From assembly GCA_945874735.1 (NCBI GenBank), contig CAMCHI010000004.1:508-64507 (forward strand): a stretch of DNA of 64,000 nucleotides. Direction: 5' to 3'. Made by a program: the position numbers and the translations under genes. This document shows, one piece after another, positions 41,569-52,331 of the stretch (position 1 is its first letter; each line of letters starts with the position of its first letter). The stretch comes from an uncultured Arcanobacterium sp. Its GTDB lineage: Bacteria > Actinomycetota > Actinomycetes > Actinomycetales > Actinomycetaceae. The notes under the pieces are model-generated. The model was not told where the DNA came from. It worked only from the letters and a program-made list of their open reading frames with translations, and searched no databases.

Positions 41569-41796
41569 CTTCATGTAAGGCGAAAATTTAGAAAAAAATT
41601 AATGATTTATGTTTTATTTAAGGCGTGAATTGCCAGTAAGTTGCCAAACTGTATTAGCAAAACTAATAAGAAATATAGACGTTATCGGTAAAATGCTTGC
41701 AAAATAGCTGGTGTATCTGCCAGATAGATAAAGCAAAAGTTTATGCTTTTTAATATGCGAGTTTTATATGAGGTATAAGCGTTGGGAAGGATAGTT

Positions 41797-42870
41797 GTGA
41801 AGCGAATTTGGGTAGTATTAATCAGTTTAATATTTTTAACTGCTTGTGCTGGGCAGAGTAGTACTGAAACTCCTAAAACTGCTACCAAGCCGAGTGTAAG
41901 CAAGACCGACACTGCTGCGCCAGCTAATTTACCGGATCCGCGTAGTTTAACTGGGTTAAGCACAGTGCCAGATATTGCTGATCCTACTCCTATTGGTAAA
42001 TTTACTCCTAAATTACCAGTTAGTGTCACTGATACTGCGGGTACTACCCATAACATTACCGATGTATCTCGTATCTTAGCTCTCGATATTACTGGTACTT
42101 TAAGTCGTACTGTAATTGCCTTAGGGCAGGGAGATAATCTGGTAGGTCGTTCCGTTTCTTCTACTGAAAATATGCTGGCAGATTTGCCGGTGGTGACTCA
42201 GCAAGGACACAATCTAAACGTAGAAGCCGTATTAGAATTACGTCCGACTTTAATTTTGGCTGACCAAACCGTTGGTACTCCAGAGAATTTAGCTCAGTTA
42301 CAAAATGCGGGAATCCCAGTAGTGCTTACTGAGGCGCAACATACGCTAGAAAATAATTCGGAGCATATGAAGTTTGTAGCTCAAGTACTGGGCGTACCAG
42401 AAGCAGGCGAGAAGCTCGCTAAGCGGGTAGATGATGAAATTGCTAAAGTGCAAAAAGAAATTGCAGCTTGGATTCCGTCTGAACCCTTAAAAATCGCTTT
42501 CTTATATGTACGGGGCACGGCTGGCGTATTTTTCATTTTGGGTGCGGAATATGGCACTACTTCACTAATTGAAAGTCTAGGAGCGCAAGATGTATCGGCT
42601 CTAGCCGGTATCACTTCCATGGTTCCTGCTAATGCGGAAGCTCTACTCGCAGTTAATCCAGAAGTAATTTTCACTATGACTGGAGGGCTAGAATCTACTG
42701 ATGGTTTAACGGGACTCTTACAGCGCCCAGGCGTGGCAGATACTATTGCCGGACAAAATCAGCGAGTAGTGGCAATCCCAGACGGCATTTCTTTATCTTA
42801 TGGCCCGCAAACTGCGGAGATTTTACGTAATATTGCTATGGCTCTCTATGGGGTAGAAGAAAGTAAGTAA
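41797..42870 (+). CDS. hmuT: Heme ABC transporter substrate-binding lipoprotein
   Basis: Lipobox FLTAC; PDPRSLTG, TQQGHNLNVE (His ligand), FLYVRGTAGVFFILGAEYG (Tyr ligand); SD supports GTG at 41797. Confidence 0.92.
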   Translation: MKRIWVVLISLIFLTACAGQSSTETPKTATKPSVSKTDTAAPANLPDPRSLTGLSTVPDIADPTPIGKFTPKLPVSVTDTAGTTHNITDVSRILALDITGTLSRTVIALGQGDNLVGRSVSSTENMLADLPVVTQQGHNLNVEAVLELRPTLILADQTVGTPENLAQLQNAGIPVVLTEAQHTLENNSEHMKFVAQVLGVPEAGEKLAKRVDDEIAKVQKEIAAWIPSEPLKIAFLYVRGTAGVFFILGAEYGTTSLIESLGAQDVSALAGITSMVPANAEALLAVNPEVIFTMTGGLESTDGLTGLLQRPGVADTIAGQNQRVVAIPDGISLSYGPQTAEILRNIAMALYGVEESK

Positions 42871-42929
42871 CTGAATTCCAAGATATTTACTGTTCAGATA
42901 TTGACTGGTACGAAAAATAAGAAGAAAGC

Positions 42930-44018
42930 ATGAAAACTACTGTAGAGAATTCCCAAGTGGTCATGGAACACGGTGCAGGATTAATTAAACGGCATAGACG
43001 GCGTGTACTTACCTTTTCCTTGCTGTTTGGTTTGTTGTTTGCTGGAATTTTAGCTTCGGTATCTATTGGACAATTTCATATTTCAGTTTCTGAAGTTTAT
43101 TACGGTATTTTAGATTATTTTGGTTGGACTAGCACTGAAGTAGACCCAATGGTTACTGCTACTCTGTGGAATATCCGTTTGCCACGAGTGTTCCTAGGTA
43201 TTTTAGTGGGAGCGGCTTTGGCAGTATCTGGTGCGATTATGCAGGCAATTTTTGCTAATCCTCTAGCAGAGCCTGGCATCATTGGTGTTTCTTCCGGAGC
43301 GGCAGTGGGAGCCGCTATTACGATTGTATTTGCCCCTTATGCTCTAGCTGGTTTTGCAGTTCCAGTAGCGGCTTTTGTAACGGGTTTGCTGACTTCTTTC
43401 TTAGTATATTTACTTTCCCTTTCTGCTGGTAAAACTGAGCCTTTAACCTTAGTGCTCACAGGTATTGCCGTCACTGCTGTGGCGGGTGCAGTGACTTCGG
43501 TGGCTACTTATCTTGCTCCTATGGTGGCACGCGACCAAATCGTGTTTTGGCAGATGGGGTCGCTTAATGGTGCAAGCTGGATGCAGGTAAAAGTAGTAGG
43601 ATTAGTGGTTTTAGTTGGCTTAGTTTTAAGTTTAATTATCGCTAGCCGTCTAGATATTTTAGCGCTCGGGGATCAAGCAGCTGGACATATTGGCATAAAC
43701 GTACAATTATTGCGCACAGTTGCAATTGTAATTGTGAGCCTTTTGACGGCAGCAGCAGTAGCCTATGCAGGAGTAATTGCCTTTGTGGGATTGATTGTGC
43801 CACATGTATTGCGTTTAGCAATTGGGCCAGTAAATAAGTATCTGATACCTGCTTCTTTATTTGGGGGAGCTTTGCTTTTAACTATTTCGGATTTACTTGC
43901 CCGTAATTTAATTGCTTTTGCTGATTTACCTATCGGAATTTTCACGGCGTTAATTGGTGGTCCGCTCTTTTTCGTGTTGTTGCGTTCTAATTTGCGCGGA
44001 ATTAGAAAGGTGGCTTAA
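42930..44018 (+). CDS. hmuU: Heme ABC transporter permease (FecCD family)
   Basis: IRLPRV, NPLAEPGIIGVSSGA, GVIAFVGLIVPH. Confidence 0.92.
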   Translation: MKTTVENSQVVMEHGAGLIKRHRRRVLTFSLLFGLLFAGILASVSIGQFHISVSEVYYGILDYFGWTSTEVDPMVTATLWNIRLPRVFLGILVGAALAVSGAIMQAIFANPLAEPGIIGVSSGAAVGAAITIVFAPYALAGFAVPVAAFVTGLLTSFLVYLLSLSAGKTEPLTLVLTGIAVTAVAGAVTSVATYLAPMVARDQIVFWQMGSLNGASWMQVKVVGLVVLVGLVLSLIIASRLDILALGDQAAGHIGINVQLLRTVAIVIVSLLTAAAVAYAGVIAFVGLIVPHVLRLAIGPVNKYLIPASLFGGALLLTISDLLARNLIAFADLPIGIFTALIGGPLFFVLLRSNLRGIRKVA

Positions 44019-44020
44019 AC

Positions 44021-44842
44021 ATGGTGAAGAATATAGTCTTAACTACGCCAGAGCAAGTAGCGGCCACAATTCCAAGCGATCGTCCCATTTTGCAAGCTAA
44101 AGATGTTGTGTTTAGCTACGGGGAAAAGCAAATTCTTAACAAAGTAAGTTTAGATATTCCTAGCGGAAAAGTGTTGGGTTTGCTCGGGCCAAATGGTGCT
44201 GGTAAATCTACGCTATTAGGTGTGCTTACCGGAGATTTAGTGGCACAAAGTGGACAAGTGGAATTAGCAGGTAGGCCAATTAACACTTTCATTAGGCGCG
44301 AGTTGGCTAAATTCCGTTCAGTGATGCCGCAGCGTTCTGAGTTCCCTTTCTCCTATTTGGTACGCGATGTAGTGGCAATGGGACGGGCGTGTTGGCGTGC
44401 AGAAAATGATATAGAAATAGTGGATCAGGCTTTGCGGCAAACTGATGTAACGCATATGCAAGATCGGCAGATTACGCATTTATCTGGAGGAGAATCTGCG
44501 CGGGTTACTTTGGCGCGTGTGATTGCTCAGCAAGCACAAGTAGTGTTTTTAGACGAACCAACTGCAGCGATGGATATTGTACATCGGGAACGCACCATGA
44601 CTTTAGCTAGTGGCTTAGCTAAACAAGGTAATGCGGTAGTGGCGGTAATCCACGATTTGCAGTTAGCTGCTAGTCATTGTGATTTGCTCGCTTTGATGAA
44701 AGACGGCGCAATTGTAGCTTTTGGTACTCCCGCAGAAGTGCTAACGGAAGAAATTTTAACTTTCGTATATGACTGGCCTATTACGGTTTTGCCGCTTCCC
44801 ACCGGAGAAATTGCTATAGTTCCCCGTAAAGTGGAATGTTAG
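44021..44842 (+). CDS. hmuV: Heme ABC transporter ATP-binding protein
   Basis: GPNGAGKS, LSGGE, LDEPTAAMD, HD switch. Confidence 0.92.
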   Translation: MVKNIVLTTPEQVAATIPSDRPILQAKDVVFSYGEKQILNKVSLDIPSGKVLGLLGPNGAGKSTLLGVLTGDLVAQSGQVELAGRPINTFIRRELAKFRSVMPQRSEFPFSYLVRDVVAMGRACWRAENDIEIVDQALRQTDVTHMQDRQITHLSGGESARVTLARVIAQQAQVVFLDEPTAAMDIVHRERTMTLASGLAKQGNAVVAVIHDLQLAASHCDLLALMKDGAIVAFGTPAEVLTEEILTFVYDWPITVLPLPTGEIAIVPRKVEC

Positions 44843-44892
44843 AATACTAGCTAGAATACCGCAAACATCAACCAGTGAAAGTAGAAGTGGTT

Positions 44893-45012
44893 ATGTGTAA
44901 GAAAGTTTTGTGTGCTAGTTGTGGCAAGCCTACTTGGGCAGGTTGTGGGGCGCATATTGAAATAGCTTTAGCAGACGTGCCTATAAGTTTGCGTTGTGTG
45001 TGTCCACGTTAA
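44893..45012 (+). CDS. 39-aa Cys/His-rich small protein (not in the ORF track)
   Basis: MCKKVLCASCGKPTWAGCGAHIEIALADVPISLRCVCPR*; 6 Cys plus His; 50 nt downstream of hmuV on the same strand. Confidence 0.7.
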   Translation: MCKKVLCASCGKPTWAGCGAHIEIALADVPISLRCVCPR

Positions 45013-45172
45013 ATTGCAGGTTGAGAAAATTTTTCTAAATTTGTATTAACCGGAATTTACGGTACTAGTTTTAAATTTATTTTAGCTAATTTAGGTATTT
45101 ATCTGTGCGTTAGATAGGTCTGCCGTGCGCTTTGCGCTACAATTTTCAATAGCTTTGGAGAAAGGATCGTTG

Positions 45173-45922
45173 ATGCACGAGCAAAACATAGCTGGCGACC
45201 ATAATAAAGATACGCAACGTCGAGTATTGTTAAAACTTTCTGGTGAAGTTTTTGGAGGCGGGGAAGTTGGATTAGATACCGCGGTACTTACCCGTATTAG
45301 CGCAGAAATTGCTGCCGCAGTAAAAGATGGGGTGCAGGTAGGTGTAGTAGTAGGCGGAGGTAATTTCTTCCGGGGCGCCGAGTTGCAAGAAAGTGGCATG
45401 GATCGGGCGCGTGCCGACTATATGGGAATGTTGGGCACGGTTATTAATGCGGTGGCCTTGCAAGATTTCTTAGAAAATGCGGGAGTGCCTTCTCGGGTGC
45501 AAACTGCGATCACTATGGCTCAAGTAGCAGAAGCTTATATTCCTTTGCGTGCTATCCGTCATCTGGAAAAAGGACGGGTAGTTATTTTTGGAGCAGGAGC
45601 GGGTATGCCCTACTTCTCCACGGATACCGTATCGGCACAGCGGGCTTTAGAGTTGCGTTGCGATGAACTTTTGGTAGGTAAAAACGGAGTAGATGGAGTT
45701 TATACTGCCGACCCTCGTAAAGATGCCAGTGCTACTAAGTTAGATTTAGTTACTTATGCAGACGCTTTGGCACAGGGTTTGCGGGTAGTAGATGCTGCTG
45801 CTTTCTCGTTGTGTCAAGACAATAATTTAACTATGCGAGTGTTTGGCATGAATGAGCCGGGCAATGTGACGCGCGCTTTGCGTGGCGAAAAAATCGGCAC
45901 TTTAGTAACTAATAATCCGTAA
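45173..45922 (+). CDS. pyrH: Uridylate kinase
   Basis: [31 protein letters not shown]; SD supports ATG at 45173. Confidence 0.97.
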   Translation: MHEQNIAGDHNKDTQRRVLLKLSGEVFGGGEVGLDTAVLTRISAEIAAAVKDGVQVGVVVGGGNFFRGAELQESGMDRARADYMGMLGTVINAVALQDFLENAGVPSRVQTAITMAQVAEAYIPLRAIRHLEKGRVVIFGAGAGMPYFSTDTVSAQRALELRCDELLVGKNGVDGVYTADPRKDASATKLDLVTYADALAQGLRVVDAAAFSLCQDNNLTMRVFGMNEPGNVTRALRGEKIGTLVTNNP

Positions 45923-46042
45923 AGTCTACTGTTGAGAGATATTTTACTGGTAGGCAAGCTAAAATAGGTATTAAATGTAAAAGATTAAACACGGCTAACT
46001 GGAAAGTAAACTGTGTTTCCCTACTAAACACTTAGGAAAATA

Positions 46043-46600
46043 ATGATTGAAGAAGTAATGCTAGAAGCTGAAGAGAAAATGGAAAAGTCTATTTCGGCGG
46101 CTAGGGGAGAATTTTCTAAAATTCGTTCTGGACGGGCAAATCCAGAGCTGTTCACTACTTTGCTAGTGGATTATTATGGTGCTCCTACACCTTTACAGCA
46201 GTTGGCAACGGTGTCTATCCCGGAAGCGCGTACTGTGATTATTACTCCTTATGATCGCAGTGCGATGAAAGACATCGAGCGTGCAATTGCAGAAGCTGAC
46301 CTAGGTGTTAATCCTACTGATGACGGTCAAGTATTGCGTATCAATATGCCAGCCCTTACTGAGGAGCGTCGGCGTGATTACGTGAAAGTAGCAAAAGGTA
46401 AGGCAGAGGATGCGCGTATTGCTGTGCGTGGTATTCGCCGGAAAGCTAAGGAAGAATTAGACCGGATTAAGAAAGACGGCGAAGCAGGCGAGGATGAAGT
46501 AGAGCGCGCTGAAAAAGAGCTAGAAGCATTAACGAAGCGGTTTGTAGAGCAAATCGATTCCATGTTGGATAGCAAAGAAAAAGAACTTATGGAGATGTGA
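46043..46600 (+). CDS. frr: Ribosome recycling factor
   Basis: IRSGRANP, VDYYGAPTPLQQLA, PALTEERRR. Confidence 0.97.
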   Translation: MIEEVMLEAEEKMEKSISAARGEFSKIRSGRANPELFTTLLVDYYGAPTPLQQLATVSIPEARTVIITPYDRSAMKDIERAIAEADLGVNPTDDGQVLRINMPALTEERRRDYVKVAKGKAEDARIAVRGIRRKAKEELDRIKKDGEAGEDEVERAEKELEALTKRFVEQIDSMLDSKEKELMEM

Positions 46601-46642
46601 GAAGCCGTTTAGGTTTTCCACTTATTTTGAGTATTACCTTAA

Positions 46643-47530
46643 ATGTTTAGCGAGAAACACAGTTCAGCTAGCCTCTCCTTAGGGAAGAGGCTAGCTCCCC
46701 ATCCTCCTAAACCGCCTGTAGAAACTAAATCAAGAGCGGGACGCAACTTACCGGCAGCAATTATTACTGGTATAGTTTTGCTGGGTTTGGCGGCTTTGTC
46801 GTTACTTGTGTATATAGAGATTTTTGTTGTTTTAATTGCGCTCTTTTTAGTAGTGGGTTTGTGGGAATTCTCTGGTGCTACTCTGAGTAAACAAATCAAG
46901 GTATCTTTTCCTGCCTTATTAGTAGCTGAGCTGTTAATGGTAGGAGTTACTTGGCGAAATGGTTTAGAAATAGCTTTTCTTTGCTATTTGGTTACAGTAG
47001 TTACTTCGCTGGTGGCAGTGCAGTTTTTCAATCGTGCTCGACTGGTTGATACTTTAGTAGGAGTGTTAGGGCTTACTTGGATTGCTTTGCCCGCTATTTT
47101 TGCGGTGGCCATGGCGTTGTTGCCTTTTGGACAGTGGATGGTTGCTGCTTTAATTTTACTGCCTGTTGCTAATGATACCGGTGGGTGGATTGCTGGAATT
47201 TTATTAGGTAAACATCCTATTTTGCCGCGCATTTCTCCGAAAAAATCTTGGGAAGGTTTTGCTGGCTCTATTCTTTTATGCTTATTAACGTCTTATTTAA
47301 CAGTGGGTTTGCTAGTAGAACTAAACTTTTATTGGGTACTTGCCTTTGCGATTTTAACTCCGGTGTTGGCTACAGCCGGTGATTTTGCGGAATCTTTGAT
47401 TAAACGTGATTTAGGCATTAAAGATATGGGTTCTATATTTCCTGGACATGGGGGAATGTTAGATCGGGTAGATTCTATTTTGTTTTGCGCTCCGCTATTT
47501 TTTATCTTGTTTTATTTCGCGGTAGTGTAA
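46643..47530 (+). CDS. cdsA: Phosphatidate cytidylyltransferase
   Basis: RISPKKSWEG, GDFAESLIKRDLGIKDMG..FPGHGGMLDRVDS. Confidence 0.95.
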   Translation: MFSEKHSSASLSLGKRLAPHPPKPPVETKSRAGRNLPAAIITGIVLLGLAALSLLVYIEIFVVLIALFLVVGLWEFSGATLSKQIKVSFPALLVAELLMVGVTWRNGLEIAFLCYLVTVVTSLVAVQFFNRARLVDTLVGVLGLTWIALPAIFAVAMALLPFGQWMVAALILLPVANDTGGWIAGILLGKHPILPRISPKKSWEGFAGSILLCLLTSYLTVGLLVELNFYWVLAFAILTPVLATAGDFAESLIKRDLGIKDMGSIFPGHGGMLDRVDSILFCAPLFFILFYFAVV

Positions 47531-47698
47531 AAGATCCCCTTGTGTATTTTGAGTACGAGTACTGAGTCCTTTGTCGTAAACCCGTAAATTTGTGTGAGTA
47601 GTTTGAGATTTTAATCTTGAGGTTCGCGCAATGTGGGGGAGCTAGTTAGAATCTATATTTGTATATTAAAAACGGGTGACTATAAAAGGAAGTAAGGT

Positions 47699-48961
47699 AT
47701 GGCTAAGCAAGTACAACCGCGAGTAGAGTCGGGAGTGCAACCAGAGCTTTCTTTTGTAGAGAAGCGTAAAGGAAAACCACCTAAACATTTAGCGGATTTG
47801 ACTTTAGTAGAGCGTAAAGAATTAATGGAAAGTTTAGGATATCCTGCTTTTCGGGCAGCGCAACTTTCCAAACATTACTTCACTCATTGTCGGAGAGACA
47901 CTGCGCAAATGAGTGATGTGCCAGCTAATATCCGCGATGTTTGTCAAACTACTTTTTTCCCTCCTTTAATTAGTAAAGTAAAAGAGCAGGTGGCGGATAA
48001 GGGTAAGACGATTAAGACTCTATGGCGGCTTTATGATGGGGTAGTAGTGGAGTCAGTATTAATGCACTATCCGAATCGAGCTACCTTATGTATTTCTTCT
48101 CAAGCCGGTTGTGGTATGGCTTGCCCATTTTGTGCAACCGGGCAAGCTGGCTTGACTCGTAATTTAACTACTGCGGAAATCATTGAACAGTTACGAGAAA
48201 ATATGTTGCTGGCTCAGTCAGGGGTGTTTGGACAGCCAGTACGGTTAAGCAATATTGTGTTTATGGGTATGGGTGAGCCGATGGCTAATTATAAAGCTGT
48301 GATCGGTGCTTTGGAACGTATGATTCAACCTGCTCCGGCTGGTTTTGGAATCTCAGCGCGGAATATTACTGTATCTACGGTAGGTTTAGTGCCGGCAATT
48401 GATAAATTAGCTGCGCAAGATTTAGCGGTTACTTTGGCAGTTTCTTTGCACGCACCAGATGATGGTTTGCGCGATGATTTAATTCCTATCAATTCTCGTT
48501 TTAAGGTAGCGGAGCTACTAGATGCGGCACGGCGTTATTTTGTAAAGACTGGACGGCGAGTATCTATCGAATATGCTTTGATTAAAGATATGAATGATCA
48601 CCAGTGGCGGGCAGAACTTTTAGCTTACGAGTTAAATAAACGTGGTAAGGGCTGGGCGCATGTGAATCCTATTCCGTTAAATCCTACGCCAGGCAGTATT
48701 TGGACTGCTTCTACTAAACAAGCCGAGAAAACTTTTGTGAAAACTTTGCAGGATGCAGGTATTTCTACTACTGTACGTGATACGCGCGGTTCTGATATTG
48801 ACGGCGCATGTGGTCAGTTAGCAGCGGAGGCAGTGGATCGTGAAAATGTGGCACGACGTGCTGCGCAGGCACAAGCTGCAGTAGAGGCGCGGTTATCTGC
48901 CCATCAAACTCGCCCGCAAAATTTGCCGATAGCGAGAGTCGGTTCTGATTTAAAGGATTAA
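47699..48961 (+). CDS. rlmN: 23S rRNA (adenine2503-C2)-methyltransferase
   Basis: CISSQAGCGMACPFC radical-SAM motif, FMGMGEP, GSDIDGACGQL. Confidence 0.96.
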   Translation: MAKQVQPRVESGVQPELSFVEKRKGKPPKHLADLTLVERKELMESLGYPAFRAAQLSKHYFTHCRRDTAQMSDVPANIRDVCQTTFFPPLISKVKEQVADKGKTIKTLWRLYDGVVVESVLMHYPNRATLCISSQAGCGMACPFCATGQAGLTRNLTTAEIIEQLRENMLLAQSGVFGQPVRLSNIVFMGMGEPMANYKAVIGALERMIQPAPAGFGISARNITVSTVGLVPAIDKLAAQDLAVTLAVSLHAPDDGLRDDLIPINSRFKVAELLDAARRYFVKTGRRVSIEYALIKDMNDHQWRAELLAYELNKRGKGWAHVNPIPLNPTPGSIWTASTKQAEKTFVKTLQDAGISTTVRDTRGSDIDGACGQLAAEAVDRENVARRAAQAQAAVEARLSAHQTRPQNLPIARVGSDLKD

Positions 48962-49025
48962 GTCAGTAAACTCGATAACAGGATATAAAACAACAGGCAT
49001 TAACTTAAAGAAAATTTAAGGAGTA

Positions 49026-49589
49026 ATGATGGGTGCTAACTTTCCTAGAGTAGGTATTTTTAAGTATGGCTATAGTCGGAAAGAAGTAGATGAATTTTTA
49101 GCAGAAGCTAAGGAAGCTTATGCTAATTTTTCGCTACCGGCTGGTGAATTTACCCAGCAGCCTGATTTGGAAATACGGCAAATAGTGTTTGCATGGCGGA
49201 GAAACGGTTATAGCCCGCAAAAAGTAGATGCCGCTTTGGATCGTTTAGAGTTAGCTTTTGTGCAACGGCAACGAGCTGCTGTAGTGAGCAGTTTAGGTGA
49301 AGAAGCTTGGTTAGAGTACACCTATAAGAGTGCTGAAGATTTATATCCACGTATGTTACGTCCGCATGGGGAGCGTTTTGCTAATGCGCGACGCAGAGGA
49401 TACGACAAAGCAGAGGTAGATGCTTTTATAGATCGGATTACTAATTATTTTGATGGTAAATCCGGGCTTAGCATTAGCGAAATCCGCAATGTGACTTTCC
49501 GAAAAGCACGTAGACGTAAGGCTTATTCCGAAGCAGTGGTAGATGTTTATTTAGACCGTGTTATTTCGGTATTGTTGGCGGTGGAGTAG
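49026..49589 (+). CDS. DivIVA-domain repeat protein
   Basis: Four GY/AY-xxxx-VD-xx-(L/I) motifs. Confidence 0.8.
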   Translation: MMGANFPRVGIFKYGYSRKEVDEFLAEAKEAYANFSLPAGEFTQQPDLEIRQIVFAWRRNGYSPQKVDAALDRLELAFVQRQRAAVVSSLGEEAWLEYTYKSAEDLYPRMLRPHGERFANARRRGYDKAEVDAFIDRITNYFDGKSGLSISEIRNVTFRKARRRKAYSEAVVDVYLDRVISVLLAVE

Positions 49590-50816
49590 ATGCGTAAAGT
49601 TATCTTATTAGGCTCTACTGGGTCTATTGGTACGCAGGCTTTAGCGGTCATTTCCCAGTTTCCACGCGAGTTTCAAGTATTAGCTTTAGGAGCGGGAGGG
49701 GCAAATTTAGCTTTATTAGCTGCCCAAGCCTGTGAATTTAGGGTAGGCATAGTAGGAATAGCTGATACACAAAAGGTAGCAGAGTTTAAGGAAATTTGGC
49801 TTGCCAACTATAGCCCGTTACCAGTGCCGGAAATTCTTAGTGGCCCTAACGCTATGACGGATTTGGCTGCTGTAGGCGGTAAAACAGATGCTAATACGGT
49901 AGTGCTAAACGGTATTACTGGTTCAATTGGCTTAGCACCCACTTTAGCAGCTTTAGCTAGTGGGGCGACTTTAGCGTTAGCTAACAAAGAATCACTGGTA
50001 GCAGGCGGAGCGTTAGTGGCGCAAGCTATGTGCCGTCCTGGACAAATTGTGCCAGTAGATTCAGAGCATTGTGCTATCTATCAGGCTTTAGCGGCCGGAA
50101 AACATCATCGTGGTTTAACTACTCCGTTTGTGGATGGCACTACGGAAGTACGACGCTTAATTTTAACTGCTTCTGGTGGGCCGTTTTACCAAAAAACAAA
50201 GGCAGAGTTGGATAATGTGACCCCTGCCCAAGCCTTAAATCATCCTACTTGGGATATGGGCCCTGTGGTAACTATTAATTCTTCTACCTTGATGAATAAG
50301 GCTTTAGAACTGATAGAAGCTGCGATTTTATTTGATATGCCAGCTACAGATATTGTGCCAGTGGTGCATAGACAGTCGATTGTACATTCTATGGTCGAAT
50401 TTCAAGACGGTTCCACTATTGCGCAAGCCTCTATGCCGGATATGAAGTTACCGATTGCCTTAGGGCTTTCTGCACCGATACGGTTGCCAGATATTACTGT
50501 GTCGTGTAGTTGGGATAAGGAAGTAATTTGGACTTTTGCGCCAGTAGATCACGAAACTTTCCCAGCTCTCACTTTGGCTAAGGTAGCTTTAGAAAGTTCA
50601 CCGCTGCACCCAGCAGTGTTTAATGCAGCAAATGAGGAAGCAGTGACGGCCTTTTTACAGGAAAAAATTAAGTACTTGGCCATTATGGAAATTGTGGAAC
50701 AGACTTTATCGGCTTTCGACACTCTCGAAACTGGCATCAGTATTTCTTTGGCAGCGGTGGAGGAAGCTCAAGTATGGGCGCGTAACTATGCGCAAGAGTT
50801 AATCGCTGCGCTTTAG
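49590..50816 (+). CDS. dxr: 1-deoxy-D-xylulose 5-phosphate reductoisomerase
   Basis: GSTGSIG, LANKES, PVDSEH, LTASGGPF, HPTWDMG. Confidence 0.96.
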   Translation: MRKVILLGSTGSIGTQALAVISQFPREFQVLALGAGGANLALLAAQACEFRVGIVGIADTQKVAEFKEIWLANYSPLPVPEILSGPNAMTDLAAVGGKTDANTVVLNGITGSIGLAPTLAALASGATLALANKESLVAGGALVAQAMCRPGQIVPVDSEHCAIYQALAAGKHHRGLTTPFVDGTTEVRRLILTASGGPFYQKTKAELDNVTPAQALNHPTWDMGPVVTINSSTLMNKALELIEAAILFDMPATDIVPVVHRQSIVHSMVEFQDGSTIAQASMPDMKLPIALGLSAPIRLPDITVSCSWDKEVIWTFAPVDHETFPALTLAKVALESSPLHPAVFNAANEEAVTAFLQEKIKYLAIMEIVEQTLSAFDTLETGISISLAAVEEAQVWARNYAQELIAAL

Positions 50817-50880
50817 AATGTGGTTGCAAAATTTATGCATAAAAGTTTGCGGTTAGTGCTTTGGGTAGGAGAGTGGAATA

Positions 50881-52050
50881 ATGGAAAACGTGAATAAACC
50901 AGTTGCTTTAGGAATACCTACGGTAAAAGAAGAACCGCTGATTTTGGCACCTCGCCGTCTCACACGACAGGTAAAATTAGGAAATGTGTTGGTAGGAGGC
51001 GGTGCCCCAATTAGTGTACAGTCTATGACTACCACTAAGACGCACGATATTGGGGCTACTTTACAGCAGATTGCGGAATTAACTGCTGCTGGTTGCGATA
51101 TTGTGCGCGTAGCTTGCCCTACCGATAAAGATGCAGAAGCATTGAAAATTATTACTCAACAGTCTAATATCCCGGTAGTTGCTGATATTCATTTCCAGCC
51201 GCGCTATGTTTTCGCGGCAATTGAAGCTGGGTGTGGAGTGCGCGTTAATCCAGGCAATATCAAAAAGTTTGACGATAAAATTCCGGAGATTGCTGCAGCG
51301 GCGCGTGCTAATGGTACTGCAATGCGTATCGGTATTAATGCTGGCTCATTAGATCCGCGTTTACTGCAAAAATATGGTAAAGCTACGGCAGAAGCATTGG
51401 TGGAATCAGCGGTAATGGAAGCGCGACTTTTTGAGGACGCTGGTTTTTATGATTTTGCTATTTCGGTAAAACATCACGATCCAGTAGTGATGGTGAAAGC
51501 TTATGAGCTACTTTCGGCAGCGGGGGATTGGCCGTTGCATTTAGGTGTTACAGAAGCAGGGCCTGCTTTCCAAGGCACGATTAAGTCTGCGGTGGCATTT
51601 GGGGCTTTACTTTCACAAGGAATTGGGGATACGATTCGAGTTTCGCTTTCTGCGCCACCAGTAGAAGAAGTGCGAGTAGGTGAGCAAATTTTACGTTCCC
51701 TTAATTTGCGTCCTAAGCAGCTCGAAATTGTGTCTTGTCCTTCTTGTGGACGGGCGCAAGTAGATGTGTACACCTTGGCAGAAAAAGTGACTGAAGGATT
51801 GAAAGACGTTACTTTCCCGTTGCGAGTAGCCGTAATGGGATGCGTGGTTAATGGGCCAGGTGAAGCTCGGGAAGCTGATTTGGGAGTAGCTTCTGGAAAT
51901 GGTAAAGGGCAAATTTTTGTGCAAGGTAAAGTAGTGGAAACTGTGCCAGAGGCCGATATTGTACAAACTTTGATTAAGCACGCCCGTATGGTAGCTGAGC
52001 AGTTAGGGTTAGAGTCTGATCCGGATGCGAAACCGGAAGTTATCTACTGA
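50881..52050 (+). CDS. ispG: HMBPP synthase (4Fe-4S)
   Basis: [41 protein letters not shown]. Confidence 0.96.
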   Translation: MENVNKPVALGIPTVKEEPLILAPRRLTRQVKLGNVLVGGGAPISVQSMTTTKTHDIGATLQQIAELTAAGCDIVRVACPTDKDAEALKIITQQSNIPVVADIHFQPRYVFAAIEAGCGVRVNPGNIKKFDDKIPEIAAAARANGTAMRIGINAGSLDPRLLQKYGKATAEALVESAVMEARLFEDAGFYDFAISVKHHDPVVMVKAYELLSAAGDWPLHLGVTEAGPAFQGTIKSAVAFGALLSQGIGDTIRVSLSAPPVEEVRVGEQILRSLNLRPKQLEIVSCPSCGRAQVDVYTLAEKVTEGLKDVTFPLRVAVMGCVVNGPGEAREADLGVASGNGKGQIFVQGKVVETVPEADIVQTLIKHARMVAEQLGLESDPDAKPEVIY

Positions 52051-52331
52051 GTTAGCTGTTTAGGCAAGCAGTAATACATTTTGAAATGTATTAAATGGCA
52101 TATCTGCAAATGTTTTATGTAGGTAAAGTGTGTATCAGCATAGTGCAATTCACGTTTATCACAAAGGTAATTTTTCCAGCGGTTGCTGATTTTGCCACAA
52201 TTCTATTTTAAGATGTATAGAGTTCGATACGTTTCTAGCTTGAGTCGTAAAGATTATTAGCTGGAATAACGGAGAACATTTTACCAACTTGTTGTTGGTA
52301 AGTAACACAAATGTAAGCGAAAGGGTTTCAC

